64,000 nt of DNA, taken from positions 2,852,001-2,916,000 of the forward strand of contig OZ218962.1 in assembly GCA_965112735.1 (NCBI GenBank), read 5' to 3'. Under the pieces are notes generated by a model. The model did not search any database and was not told the DNA's origin. It worked only from the letters and a program-made list of their open reading frames with translations. This DNA comes from Phaeosaccion multiseriatum. Taxonomy: Eukaryota; Protista; Ochrophyta, other classes. Positions within the stretch are counted from its first letter, which is position 1. Each line of letters starts with the position of its first letter. Shown here piece after piece: positions 1 to 10,720 of this stretch. The position numbers were made by a program, and so were the translations under genes.

Positions 1-726
1 GCGCCAGTAGCAGCGCCATTCGGCGATACGCAGCAGGCGCAGCAGCTGGCTATACAGCGATGGCACCTGTAGCAGCGGGGGCCACCGTGCCGCGAAGGTA
101 GCCCGTTCTCCGAACAGCATCACCAGAAGGCCGGTTCAGAGGCGCGTAGTGAGAGCATTCTCTTGGGGAAGCTTTGAAGGGCGCGCCCCTGCCAGACACG
201 GCTGTGTATGTATGTATGCAGGGTCTGAGCTTTCAGTAATATTCATTTCCTGAAGAAATTAAAAGCAAGCGCACACGCATCCGCCCCGCTGCACCCCTGG
301 CTGGGCGGTGGGTTCGTGCATCTGCTACTCTCTCCTCCCGCCCGAGATTTCATCTGCGCCTCCCGTGCTACGATCCAAGCCCCTTCTCTGCCGTCTTCGA
401 TTCTTATCAGCGTATCCATGAGCCATGAACCAAGAGGTAGTGAATGTCCCTAGAGACGCACGCTCGTTCCTCCTTCTCATCTCCTCATGGCACTAGTGCC
501 AGAGCCCCCAGTCGCTGGTTGGTTCTCCTGTTGGTTCTCCAGTGGTCTCCACAGGTGAGCGCACACACGACCCCTCGCACCTCGACGTCAGCCCTCCCTC
601 CCTCCGGCACTGGCACTGGGTACTGCGCTGGGGTCCTGACGCCTGATACTTGGACGGGTCGGGGCGGGGGGGGGGTGGATTTGACGTTCGCACAGCCCCA
701 CACGTAAGCTTACGTGAGCTGCCCCG

Positions 727-3268
727 TCATCCGTCGTCGTGCTGCCCCACTCCGCTGTCGTTCTCGTCCTCTAAGCGAGTAACATTGAGCCCCTGGGGTA
801 GATCTGCGGGCAGCGGGCAGTCTCTCTCTCCCAAGCTTCAGCTCCCTCAGGCCAGCAGGGAGGCCCTCCAAAGGGCACACGTACCACCGTCCCAGCTTCA
901 GAGTCCGCAGAGAAGCAGGCAGCTCCAATGGGAGGTTAAGGCATTGCCCCATCACCACCTCCTCCACACCGCAAGGAAGGACCAATTGCTGATTAAACTG
1001 TGAGTTCCAGTCAAAAGTGATCTTCTTGAGCGAGGCAGGCAGCTCCACAGGGAGGGTAAAGGCGTACCCCATCATCACCTCCTCCACACCGCAAGGAAGG
1101 AACACGTGCTGATTGAAGTGGTTGACGAATATCATCATCTTCAACGAGGAAGGCAGCTCCAGAGGAAGGTCAAATCCTCTCCCATCTCCACACTATATGG
1201 AAGAGTCACGGGCTGATCGAAATTCTGCCAAATCTGATTTTCTTTAGCGAGGGAGGCAGCTCCAGAGGGAGGTTAAAGTCGCGCCCCATCACCACCTCCT
1301 CCACATCACAAGGAAGGACCACGTGCTGATTGAAGCTCCCACCAAATGTAATCTTCTTGAGCGAGGCAGGCAGCTCCAGTGGGAGGTTAAACTTCTCCCC
1401 CATCACCACCTCCTCCACACCGCAAGGAAGGTCCACGTGCTGATTGAAGAACTTGCGAAATTTAATCTTGTTCAGCGAGGCAGGCAAGTCCAGAGGGAGG
1501 TTAAAGTCACAACCCATCACCACCTCCTCCACACCGCAAGGAAGGTCCAAGTGCTGATTGAAGTGCTGGCCAAATCTGACCTTCTTCAGCGAGGCAGGCA
1601 GGTCCAGTGGGAGGTTAAACTCACGCCCCATCACCACATCCTCCACACCACAAGGAAGGACCACGTGCTGATTGAACCTCCCACCAAATGTAATCTTCTT
1701 GAGCGAGGCAGGAAGCTCCAGTGGTAGGTTAAACTTCTCCCCCATCACCACCTCCTCCACACCACAAGGAAGGACCATCCGCTGATTGAAGAACTTGCGA
1801 AATTTGATCTTCTTCAGCGAGGCAGGGAGGTCCAGAGGGAGGTTAAAGTCACACCCCATCTCCACCTCTTCCACACCGCAAGGAAGGACCACCTGCTGAT
1901 TAAAGCTCCCACCAAACGTAATCTTCTTCAGCGAGGCAGGCAGCTCCAGAGGGAGGTTAAACTTCTCCCCCATCACCACCTCCTCCACACCACAAGGAAG
2001 GGGCATGTGCTGATTGAAGTTCGATTTCCAGTGAAACGAGATCTTCTTCAGTGAGGAAGGCAGGACCAAGGAGCGGTTAAAGGCCTTCCCCATCACCACC
2101 TCCTCCACGCCGCAAGGAAGCACCACGTGCTGATTGAAGAAAAAGCCGAATTTGATCTTCTTCAGTGAGGCAGGGAGCTCCAGAGGGAGGTTAAAGTCAC
2201 GCCCCATCACCACCTCCTCCGCACCACAAGGAAGGACCACGTGCTGATTGAAGAAAATGCCAAATGTGATCTTCTTGAGCGAGGCAGGCAGCTCCAGAGG
2301 GAGGTTAAAGCATTGCCCCATGTCCACCTCCTCTACACCACAAGGAAGAACCACGTGCTGATTAAACTTGCAACCAAGTCTGATCTTCTTCAGCGAGACA
2401 GGCAGGTCCAGAGGGAGGTCAAACTCATGCCCCATCTCCACCTCCTCCACACCACAAGGAAGGACCACGCGCTGATTGAAAGTCTTGCCAAATGTGATCT
2501 TCTTGAGCGAGGCAGGGACCTGCACCAGCTTGTTGAACTGAGGACCAAACTGCACCTCCTCTACTGTACTCGGTAAACACAGGTGGGCCTGGCCGAAGTC
2601 CTGGTCCAAAGAGTCGAAGAAGCGGACCCGCTTCACTGATCGTGGCAACAGCGAAAGTACCCTGAAAACGAGAGCCTCATCAGCAACAACCTTGGCGATG
2701 AGCATTGAACAAGACCTTGCCTCTGCTTGTCCGCTCTTGAGGCCAAGCTCCACAGCCGCAACGCGAAATGACCTCTTTCGAGCTTCCCTTCGCTGCGTCT
2801 TTGCCCTTTTCATCTCCACCGACCGTCGGACACCTCCCCCAGTCGTCACATCGTTTTCCTCCTTCCGCTGCCTCTGCGCCTTCTTCGCCCCGCTCCCCCC
2901 GGCACTGCTTCCCTCAGGCGTCATATCAATAGGAGAGGACGAAGGGTGCTCCTCTTCCTTCTTCCGTTGCCCCTTCGCCTTCTTCCGTTGCCCCCGGACT
3001 GTCGAACGCTCCCCCCCTTCCCTCTTCCCTCAGTCTTGTCATTGGAGCAGCACGAGGCAGCATCCATCTCTTCCTCGTCCTTCTTCTGCTGCTCAAGCAT
3101 ACCCAGCATCCGCTTCTGCACAGCCTTGGGCATGTCGTCGTTGATCACCAGAAGGCGGGAGGTGACCTCGTCGACCTCGTTGCGCACTCCCCACAGAGAT
3201 TTGCTGGGGAAGAGGCACGCCACAGTTCGCAAGGCCACCGTGGCCACCTTCGAAGCATTGTCCGCCAT
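727..3268 (-). pseudogene. FNIP-repeat protein gene A, frameshifted
   Basis: ORFs 2921-3298, 1206-2924 and 710-1144 are colinear pieces of one gene. The N-terminal domain (LRTVACLFPSKSLWGV...LVINDDMP) is homologous to genes B/C, followed by ~30 LPxxxxxxxxGxxFNxxxx units and the C-cap LRTLKLGRWYVCPLEGLPAGLR. Frame breaks fall near 2991 (G5 run), ~1222, ~1177 and ~822 (AG run). Confidence 0.8.
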
Positions 3269-3364
3269 CCCCTGGAAGCTGCTATTCTGTGCCTCCACTC
3301 TCTCCCCTCTTTTGTTTTATATTACTGTACATGATGCCATCTGCGCTGCCTAAAAGTAACGAGG

Positions 3365-6356
3365 GGAAGGCGGAGCACCAACACGATCCATCAGATCGTC
3401 GCCGCACTCACAGATCATTTTTTTTCTTTTTTCTTTCTTCTCTCTATTCTTTCTTGTGCGGGTGGCCTTTCTCAACCCGCGATCGAACGAGGCTAGAGCA
3501 GAGAGGACGGGATGGAGCGAGCGGGGAGAGGCGGGGGGGGGGGAGAAGCCTCCAAGGGCGTGGTGAGTTTAGTACCTTGGAGCAGCGCGGGGCCAGCGGC
3601 TCTGAAAAGTGTGGCCTGCCTCTTCCCTAGCAAAGCTCTGTGGGGAGTGTGCAAGGAGGTGGATGAGGCCACCTCCCGCACTCTGGTCATCAACGCCGAC
3701 ATGCCTGAGTGTATGCAGCTTCGTATGCTAAGTTTGCTGAAGAACCAGAAGGAAGCGGACGCGAAGAAGGATGCTTTTTCATTCTGCTTAGAGCCGGCGG
3801 GTGCTGCTGAAGAGGTGGGGAAGTCGGGAATGATCCAGGAGAGGCAAGAGGAGGAGGAGGAAGAACAGGCAGTCGAGGCGGGCACGGGTTTCTTTCGCGT
3901 TGTGGCTGTGAAGCTCGGCCCTAGCCGCGGCTCTTACGGCGGCGTTGACATGATGCCCGCTGACAAGGCTCTCGCTAAACAAGCATTGGCGCTGCTGCCA
4001 GCATCAGTCAAGCGCGTTACTTTCTCCCACTTTTTCAATCAAGCCGGCGTGTCGCTACCAAGCACAGTCGAGGAGGTGGAGATGGGGCGGTACTTTAACC
4101 GCCCTCTGGAGCTGCCTGCTTCGCTCAAGAAGATCGTATTTGGCTGGAAGTTCAATTGGCACGTGGACCTTCCTTGCGGTGTGGAGGAGGTGGAGATGGG
4201 GTGCGACTTTAACCTCCCTCTGGAGCTGCCTGGCTCGCTCAAGAAGATCAAATTTGCTTTGTATTGCTCTGAATTCAATCAGCACTTGGACCTTCCTTGT
4301 GGTGTGGAGGAGGTGGAGATGGGGAAGTGCTTTAACCACCCTCTGGAGCTGCCTGTCTCGCTCAAGAAGATCGAATTTGGAAAGGAGTTCAATCAGCCCC
4401 TGATCCTTCCTTGTGGTGTGGAGGAGGTGGTGATGGGCAGGTGCTTTAACCACCCTCTGGAGCTGCCTGCCTCGCTCAAGAGGATCAAATTTAGACAGGA
4501 CTTCAACCAGCAGCTGGTTCTTCCTTTTGGTGTGGAGGAGGTGGAGATGGGGTATGCCTTTAACCTCCCTTTGGAGCTACCTGGCTCGCTCAAGAAGATC
4601 AAATTTGCGGATGGCTCTAAATTCAATCAGCCGTTGGTCCTTCCTCGTGGTGTGGAGGAGGTGGAGATGGGTTGGGACTTTAACCTCCCTCTGGAGCTGC
4701 CTATTTCGCTGAAGAAGATCACATTTGAGAATAAGTTCAATCAGCACGTGGACCTTCCTTGTGGTGTTGAGGAGTTAAAGATGGGTTGGGACTTTAACCT
4801 CCCTCTGGAGCTGCCTGCCTCGCTGAAGACGATCATGTTTCATACACAATCACGGTTCAATCAGCAATTGAACCTTCCTTGTGGTGTGGAGGAGGTGGAG
4901 ATGGGGGAGGATTTTAACCTCCCTCTGGAGCTGCCTGGCTCGATCAAGAGGATAAAATTTGGAGAGCACTTCAATCAGCAGCTGGTTCTTCCTTTTGGTG
5001 TGGAGGACGTGGAAATGGGGCAGTACTTTAACCTCCCTCTGGAGCTGCCTGCCTCGCTCAAGAAGATCAGATTTGGCCAGCGGTTTAATCAGCACGTGGA
5101 CCTTCCTTGTGGTGTGGAGGAGGTGGAAATGGGGTTTGCGTTTAACCTCCCTCTAGAGCTGCCTGCCTCGCTCAAGAAGATCACGGTTGACCGGTCGTCC
5201 ATCTTCAATCAGCCGTTGGTCCTTCCTTGCGGTGTGGAGGAGGTGGTACTGGGGCAGTTCTTCGATCAGCCTCTGAAGCTGCCTGCCTCACTCAAGAAGA
5301 TCACATTTGGCCTTTTTTTCAATCAGCAGCTGGTCCTTCCTTGCGGTGTGGAGGAGGTGGAGATGGGGCGTGACTTTAACCACCCTCTGAAGCTCCCTGC
5401 TTCTCTGCGGACTCTCGAGCTGGGACGGGAGTACACCTGCCCTTTGGAGAGCCTGCCTGCTAGCCTGAGGAGGCTCACAGTTGGGGAGGAATGCCAGCTG
5501 CCTGCAGATCTACCCGAGGGGCTTCGAGTGACTCGCTGGTGAGGAGGGTGATGGGACAGAGAACAACGCACAGCGCAGCACAGCTATCGTAGGCCCTGCC
5601 TCAAGAGGGAGGAGGTCTCAGCAGGAGGTGCGGCAACCGAGGGGGGACGAGCAGCGTAGCCAACAAGGAAGTAACTTGTCACCTGTCCGTCTTACAGTGC
5701 AGAGAGGAGCTGCGGGGAGGAGCGGGGGGAGTGCGAACACACATCCTCCACAGTTAAAGCTGCAGGGGAAGACCTGGGTTGGCTGTGCGGTAGGAAGGGC
5801 GGAAGAGGTGTGCGGGGGGGGGGGATGCTCAGGACAGAGGATGGAGAGGGCTGGCACCGATCGTTGGAAGAGAGGAAAACCCACTGTAGCGAAGGAAAAG
5901 GGTGCAAACACGCGAAAGCGACCCCCCCCGCAAATTAATTAACCTTAAACCCTTCACTCCAAAGAGTCACACCATGCTGCCTTGCCAGGGGCACCAAGTT
6001 TGAAATTTGATTTTCCTCCGCTGCCCGGCTGGTTTCTCCATAGAAGGACCCGTTCCGCGCTGCAGTCGCAGGCCCTTCCGCGGCGCCTATGAAGAAGGAA
6101 TGCTCCTTGCAGGATTGCTTGGTCTAAATCCTACACTCTTGCCCCCCTCCGGTGGTCTCTGCCTATACCTCTCTGTGACTCCCCTTAACTTCGCTGGCAC
6201 CATCTGGTACCATCTGCCTGCCCATCGCGTCTTGTGGCTGGGGAGTGGGGTGGGCCCCCCTATACACAGCCAGGAAGGGCCCGACTTGGCCAAGCCCACA
6301 CCCAACAGCACCCGTCCCTCCACTTCACGACTAGGTCCACCCGCCCAGCTATCTTT
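3365..6356 (+). repeat. Segmental direct duplication, copy 1 (copy 2 at ~12588-15356)
   Basis: Shared upstream motif GGAAGGCGGAGCACCAACAC...ATCGTCGCCGCACTCACAGATC, homologous N- and C-terminal coding parts, and a near-identical 3' flank ending at CCGCCCAGCTATCTTT in both copies. Confidence 0.93.
3512..5542 (+). CDS. Intronless FNIP-repeat (LRR-like) protein B, 676 aa, 24 repeats plus C-cap
   Basis: Uninterrupted ATG-TGA ORF with alternating units LPASLKKIxFGxxFNQxxx and LPCGVEEVEMGxxFNLPLE, matching the FNIP repeat pattern (FNxP.LP.SL..L.FG). Confidence 0.92.
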   Translation: MERAGRGGGGGEASKGVVSLVPWSSAGPAALKSVACLFPSKALWGVCKEVDEATSRTLVINADMPECMQLRMLSLLKNQKEADAKKDAFSFCLEPAGAAEEVGKSGMIQERQEEEEEEQAVEAGTGFFRVVAVKLGPSRGSYGGVDMMPADKALAKQALALLPASVKRVTFSHFFNQAGVSLPSTVEEVEMGRYFNRPLELPASLKKIVFGWKFNWHVDLPCGVEEVEMGCDFNLPLELPGSLKKIKFALYCSEFNQHLDLPCGVEEVEMGKCFNHPLELPVSLKKIEFGKEFNQPLILPCGVEEVVMGRCFNHPLELPASLKRIKFRQDFNQQLVLPFGVEEVEMGYAFNLPLELPGSLKKIKFADGSKFNQPLVLPRGVEEVEMGWDFNLPLELPISLKKITFENKFNQHVDLPCGVEELKMGWDFNLPLELPASLKTIMFHTQSRFNQQLNLPCGVEEVEMGEDFNLPLELPGSIKRIKFGEHFNQQLVLPFGVEDVEMGQYFNLPLELPASLKKIRFGQRFNQHVDLPCGVEEVEMGFAFNLPLELPASLKKITVDRSSIFNQPLVLPCGVEEVVLGQFFDQPLKLPASLKKITFGLFFNQQLVLPCGVEEVEMGRDFNHPLKLPASLRTLELGREYTCPLESLPASLRRLTVGEECQLPADLPEGLRVTRW

Positions 6357-7480
6357 GAGGGGTTTGCTCGCCTCTCCATCTCTCCTAGCTAGTGTGTGTG
6401 TGTGTGTGCCCTTGAATGACAAGGAACAAGAACCCCCCCCTCGACCCCTGACGTGCTATCGACCACATTCTCGAGCATGCTATCGGCCGCTAGCCGATAG
6501 CAGATAGCACGCCGGCTGACGCCGGCAATATGCCGGCAATAGCAGATAGCAGATAGCACGGAAGGGGACGCTGCCCTGCCTACCCATCGTCGGTCTGAAT
6601 AGGAGAAGACGTGGAGAACGAGGTCAAGGTTGTCCACAACATTATGAAGGAAATGGCGGGCAAGGTAGTAAGTAGCATTACGCATCACAGCCAGCCACTG
6701 CCGTGCTGCGGATGTGTGACCTGGTGGTGGTCCCGTGGACGCGGCGGGGAGAGTGGCCCAGATCGGGAGATACGAAGACTTGGCCGCTCGGGACGGCCTC
6801 CTGCGGGCGATGCTGCACGCCGCTGACCCTGCTGGGCCTCCGCACCACGGCAGAGCGGTAGCTAGGAGGGTGAAGAAGGGGAAGGCCGCTGGGGCGAGTG
6901 GCTGTGCGCCAAGCAACTCCGGGCCAAACTCCAACTCCTCAAGTCACACCGTGCGTTTCACCCCTCGTTTGAGCCGTCACCGGAGCTGAGTGGCCTCTGG
7001 CCGAGAATAGGCGCCCCACAACCAGGACGGCGGGGGCGCGATTCCTCATGAGAAGAGACGGATGGCCTCAACCACGGCGGTCGCTCGCGGAGACTGGCCG
7101 AGGCAGGAGGCAGGAAACGCACGTCCCAGGCAGGTGATGAACGGAGGGAACGAATCCCGCGCTATATTCAGTCCTTCAGTGGATCAAACGCGACGCCCAA
7201 TGGTGCTTGCGCATGAGGCAGCACAGAGGCACGGAGAGGCAGAGAGCGAGAGTGTCAAGAGCGAGCGCAGCGAACGCGACGAAACGAGAAGCAACGCCTT
7301 CTTCCTCCCTGCGGAGAGAAGCTGTGGCGCAACTCCTCCCCTGCCGCGCAGAAGACTAAGAGGGTTCGCTCTTTGAAGTTTCAGTTTCAGTTGCGACAAG
7401 GACGTTACAGAAAAAATTCCTCGGCTCGCCCACATTTTTTCTTTCCTTTCCCTCATTCATTTCTTTCCTAGCTGGAAAGG

Positions 7481-10305
7481 ATGTCTTTGCCTGATGCTAT
7501 AGCGGCCGCAGAGGCCGTTGTGCTGCAGCTCAAGCAAGAGATTGAGGATGCGTTCCCGTCAAGATGCGCCATAACGTCGAGCGATTGCGCAGCGTCCCAC
7601 AATGACGCTTGCCAGAGCACCAGGAGCGGGGCAACTTGCGAGACAGAGGAGGTGCTCGACGAGTGCGAGGAGGAGTCTTGCGGGTGAGCAGGGAGTGAGC
7701 ACACCTCATCACCGCGCCGAGACTTCCCAGCGAAAGCTTGTCCCTCACTCTGCTGCCCTCTGCTGACCATCTGCGTGGCTGAGCGACGCAGGTATCTCGT
7801 AGATAAAACGCTGAGCGTGGTGAGGATCCCCGCGGCTCTAGCTGATGGAGACAGCGGAAACCCCACCGACGCAAGTGTAATAGAAGCTGCATGCTTCTCT
7901 GGGCTTGTCGAAGGTACTGAGAAGGGGGAGGGGCAGGGCACGCAGCAGCCAGAAGTCCAGCTTCCCCCCCTCAACAATATACTCTCTCCCTCTCCTTTCC
8001 TGTTCAGACTCTTTGAAGTCTGCTTACGACGAAAACAAGGAGGCATACGGACTTGAATCAGCCTACTTTGGAAGCTGGAGCGGTCTTCTGAGGTACTTTC
8101 CTGGCGTCGCTCAGGAGGAATGCGGCTCGTACGACCCGCGGGTAAGGTACGTGGCTACTACGCACTCGCTCGTCATGCACCTCGCTTAGCTATCCGCTCT
8201 TCTAGGCGAGGATGGTGTGGTGACGGCTTCTGGCCTCTTGGCTCTCCCGGTCCTGTCCGCGTCGGTCTCTGTACGCAGGCCCTGGTTCATTGGAGCTAGT
8301 AGTGGGCCCAAGGATGTCGTCATCATCCTCGATACTTCGGGAAGCATGGGCGACGGCAAGATGGAGCTGGCCATTGAAGCGGTGCAGACGGTGCTCACCG
8401 GCATGACCTTCGACCACTACGTCAACGTCGTCGCTTTCGACTCCTCGGCAGAGGTGCTCAGCCTCAACAGTAACTCGCTGGTGCAGGTACTGGGGTTGTC
8501 TATCTGGACAGCTCCTCCTCTCGCTCCCTCTTTGAATCGTTTGTTTTCACAATCTGCGCGTTGCGTGCCCCCTCTCGCTCTTGTTCGTACTGCCCAGGCC
8601 ACGGAAGACAACCTGCTTGCTCTGTCCGAGCTCGTCGGAGATCTGTCTCCCAGCGGCGGGACGAACTTCTATGACGGTGAGAAAAGGCAGGCCCTGAAGA
8701 TGCTCTCTGAGAATCTTGTCTTGTTGCTTCTGTACTAATGTAACGAGTCTCTGGTCGTCATCCCATCCCGTTCATGTACTCCACAACGCTCTGCGGCAGC
8801 CTTCGACACGGCTTTCGATCTTATTGAGAGGTGAGTTCAAGTCAAGCAAGCAGTAGGGCCGTTGAACATCAGATGTCCTGCTCTGGAGGCCAGGGTTACC
8901 GCATTCAGCTTAGCTTCTCACCTCACTTGCTTATTCTGCTTGCTTGCTTCGTTGGTGGCCACCATTGCTCTTCTTTCTTCTTTCCCTCGCCCTCCTTTCA
9001 CAGCTCCGTCTCTAGCGGCAACACGGCGGGATGTCACACGACAGTACTTTTCCTCACTGATGGTAAGTCAAGGCCCGTTGGTGATGCATCGCTGCGCAAG
9101 TCGCACTGTGAACGGACATGACTCACGTACGAGCACCCACCACTCGCTCCCAACCCACCTGGCTGCTCCTGTCTGCTCTTGCTACCGGCTTCAGGTGAAA
9201 TCAGTGTTGGACCGCTGGATCCGTTGGACACGACAGACCTCATCGAGACCAGAAACGCCAACATTGGGGCGGAGATCTTTACCTTCTCGTTCGGCGAGAA
9301 CGCAGACCAGGACACCACACAGACGATAGCCTGTGAGACGGACGGGGTCTACCGTCATGTCAGCGACACTGACGATCTCACGGGGGCAATGGCGTCTTAC
9401 TACCAGCTCTACGCCGTCGGGAGTGGAAACAGCAGCTCACAAAACGTCACAACCTGGACAGAGCCCTACGTCTTCGACACGGGCGGCCATTTAGGCACTA
9501 CTTGCGCGTCGTCCGTGTACGACCACAGCACCAGGTAGGATAGCGGATAGGCAGGCCCGGTCCCTCGTTGAGGCCGGTCTCCCTCATCCGCCCCTTGCTC
9601 TGCGCGTCGTCTCTCTCCTCTCCGCAGCCCCTCCACCTTTCTGGGGGTGGTGGCAGTGGACTTTAAGCTGTCGACCTTCACAGACCTCAACGTCGAGTAC
9701 AGTGTCGTCTTGGACCAGCTCGTCGCAGAGTCCAGCACGTGCCCAGCCTTCGAGCTGTCTGAGTGCGACAAGCAGGCCTACAGAGCCTCCATCTCCGACG
9801 TCAGCGTGTGCGATGGCCAATGCGAGTCCACTCAGGTTAGTCTTTGGGGAGTCGACGGAGGTTAGGCGAAGTCTGTGTGTTGTGTCCTCCCCTCCAACCG
9901 CACGAAAGGGCTGATTCCCGTCCCTACTCTGCCCCTCTCCCCGCTACAGGACCTCACTCCCGAAGACTGCATGCCCGCCGAGGAGTACCCAGCGACGCTA
10001 TGGACCAACACGGACGCCTCTGATTGGTCATATGTGGAGCGGGCGTGTTGCGACACGAGTTCCACAGCTGCGGAAGTGAGCGAGCAGCAGACCTGCTTCG
10101 AGAGCGGGCTCGGGTCCGTCTTGTCCTCAGGAGCGATTGCTGGGATTGTTGCCGGTTGCTTCGTGTTGCTTGCGTGCAGCATTATCCGCTGTGCCTGGCG
10201 AGACAGCAATAAAAGGAAGGTGATGGGTTCTGGAGGAGGAGTCCACCAGCCGGCACAAATGCCGCAGCCGAAACAGCCGGTGCCGCTTCAACAGCCACAC
10301 ATGAT

Positions 10306-10337
<32 letters not shown>

Positions 10338-10576
10338 TCGTGCAACAGCCGCAATACATGCAGCCGCAGCCGCAAGTCGTGTTGATGCAGCAACCGATGC
10401 AGCAGGCGATGCAGCAGCCGATGCAACAGCCGATGCAGCAACCGATGCAGCAACCAATGGGCAGTCCCGTCGGCACAGGGTACGTAGTGAGCTCATCCCC
10501 ACAGGGTCCTCCTGCCTATGCGGCCGTTCCTCAGCAGCAGCAGCATGATTCAGCACCGCCCTCATACCAGCCCTAA
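7481..10576 (+). CDS. Alpha2delta/CACHD1-like protein: VWA_N/Cache + VWA, single TM helix, Gln-rich cytoplasmic tail
   Basis: GT-AG exons at ~7481-7683, 7792-7913, 8008-8146, 8279-8486, 8598-8676, 8800-8830, 9004-9062, 9195-9534, 9628-9835 and 9950-10576 join in frame. Motifs: YFGSWSGLLRYFP, YDPRVRPWF, PKDVVIILDTSGSM (MIDAS), GGTN, LFLTDG, IACET, WTEPY, LGVVAVD; TM GAIAGIVAGCFVLLACSII. The true 5' end is uncertain because an acceptor-like site lies at 7469-7471. Confidence 0.88.
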
Positions 10577-10659
10577 CAAGTGACGTATCGATGATGAGAG
10601 CGAGAGCCCGGAAAGCCTTTGGAGTAGTAGTAGCGTACAAACATATATAATTCTTCATT

Positions 10660-10688
10660 TTATATATATATATATATATATATACATA
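10660..10688. repeat. (TA)n microsatellite between convergent 3' ends
   Basis: Directly visible. Confidence 0.9.
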
Positions 10689-10720
10689 CACTGTTGTACG
10701 GATGTGGGCGACCTTAACCC

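Noticed and set aside
1-700. Possible gene fragment at the window start
   Set aside because: No recognisable motif or consistent exon structure.
1323-5156. Antisense and alternate-frame ORFs over FNIP genes
   Set aside because: Shadows of the repetitive coding strand.
3990-5400. CRISPR-like repeat/spacer pattern in FNIP arrays
   Set aside because: The variable parts are only 6-15 nt, always in frame within a protein ORF, and there are no cas genes.
3990-5400. TALE-like DNA-binding repeats (variable di-residue)
   Set aside because: The analogy is superficial: these units are 19-aa beta-strand LRR/FNIP type, not 34-aa helical TALE repeats.
5618-6507. ORFs in the duplicated 3' flank (also 14634-15453)
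   Set aside because: No recognisable motifs, and a 1-nt indel between the copies changes frames.
6389-6934. Minus-strand ORF with an F-box-like helix VVDNLDLVLHVFSY
   Set aside because: Too short a resemblance, with no supporting gene structure.
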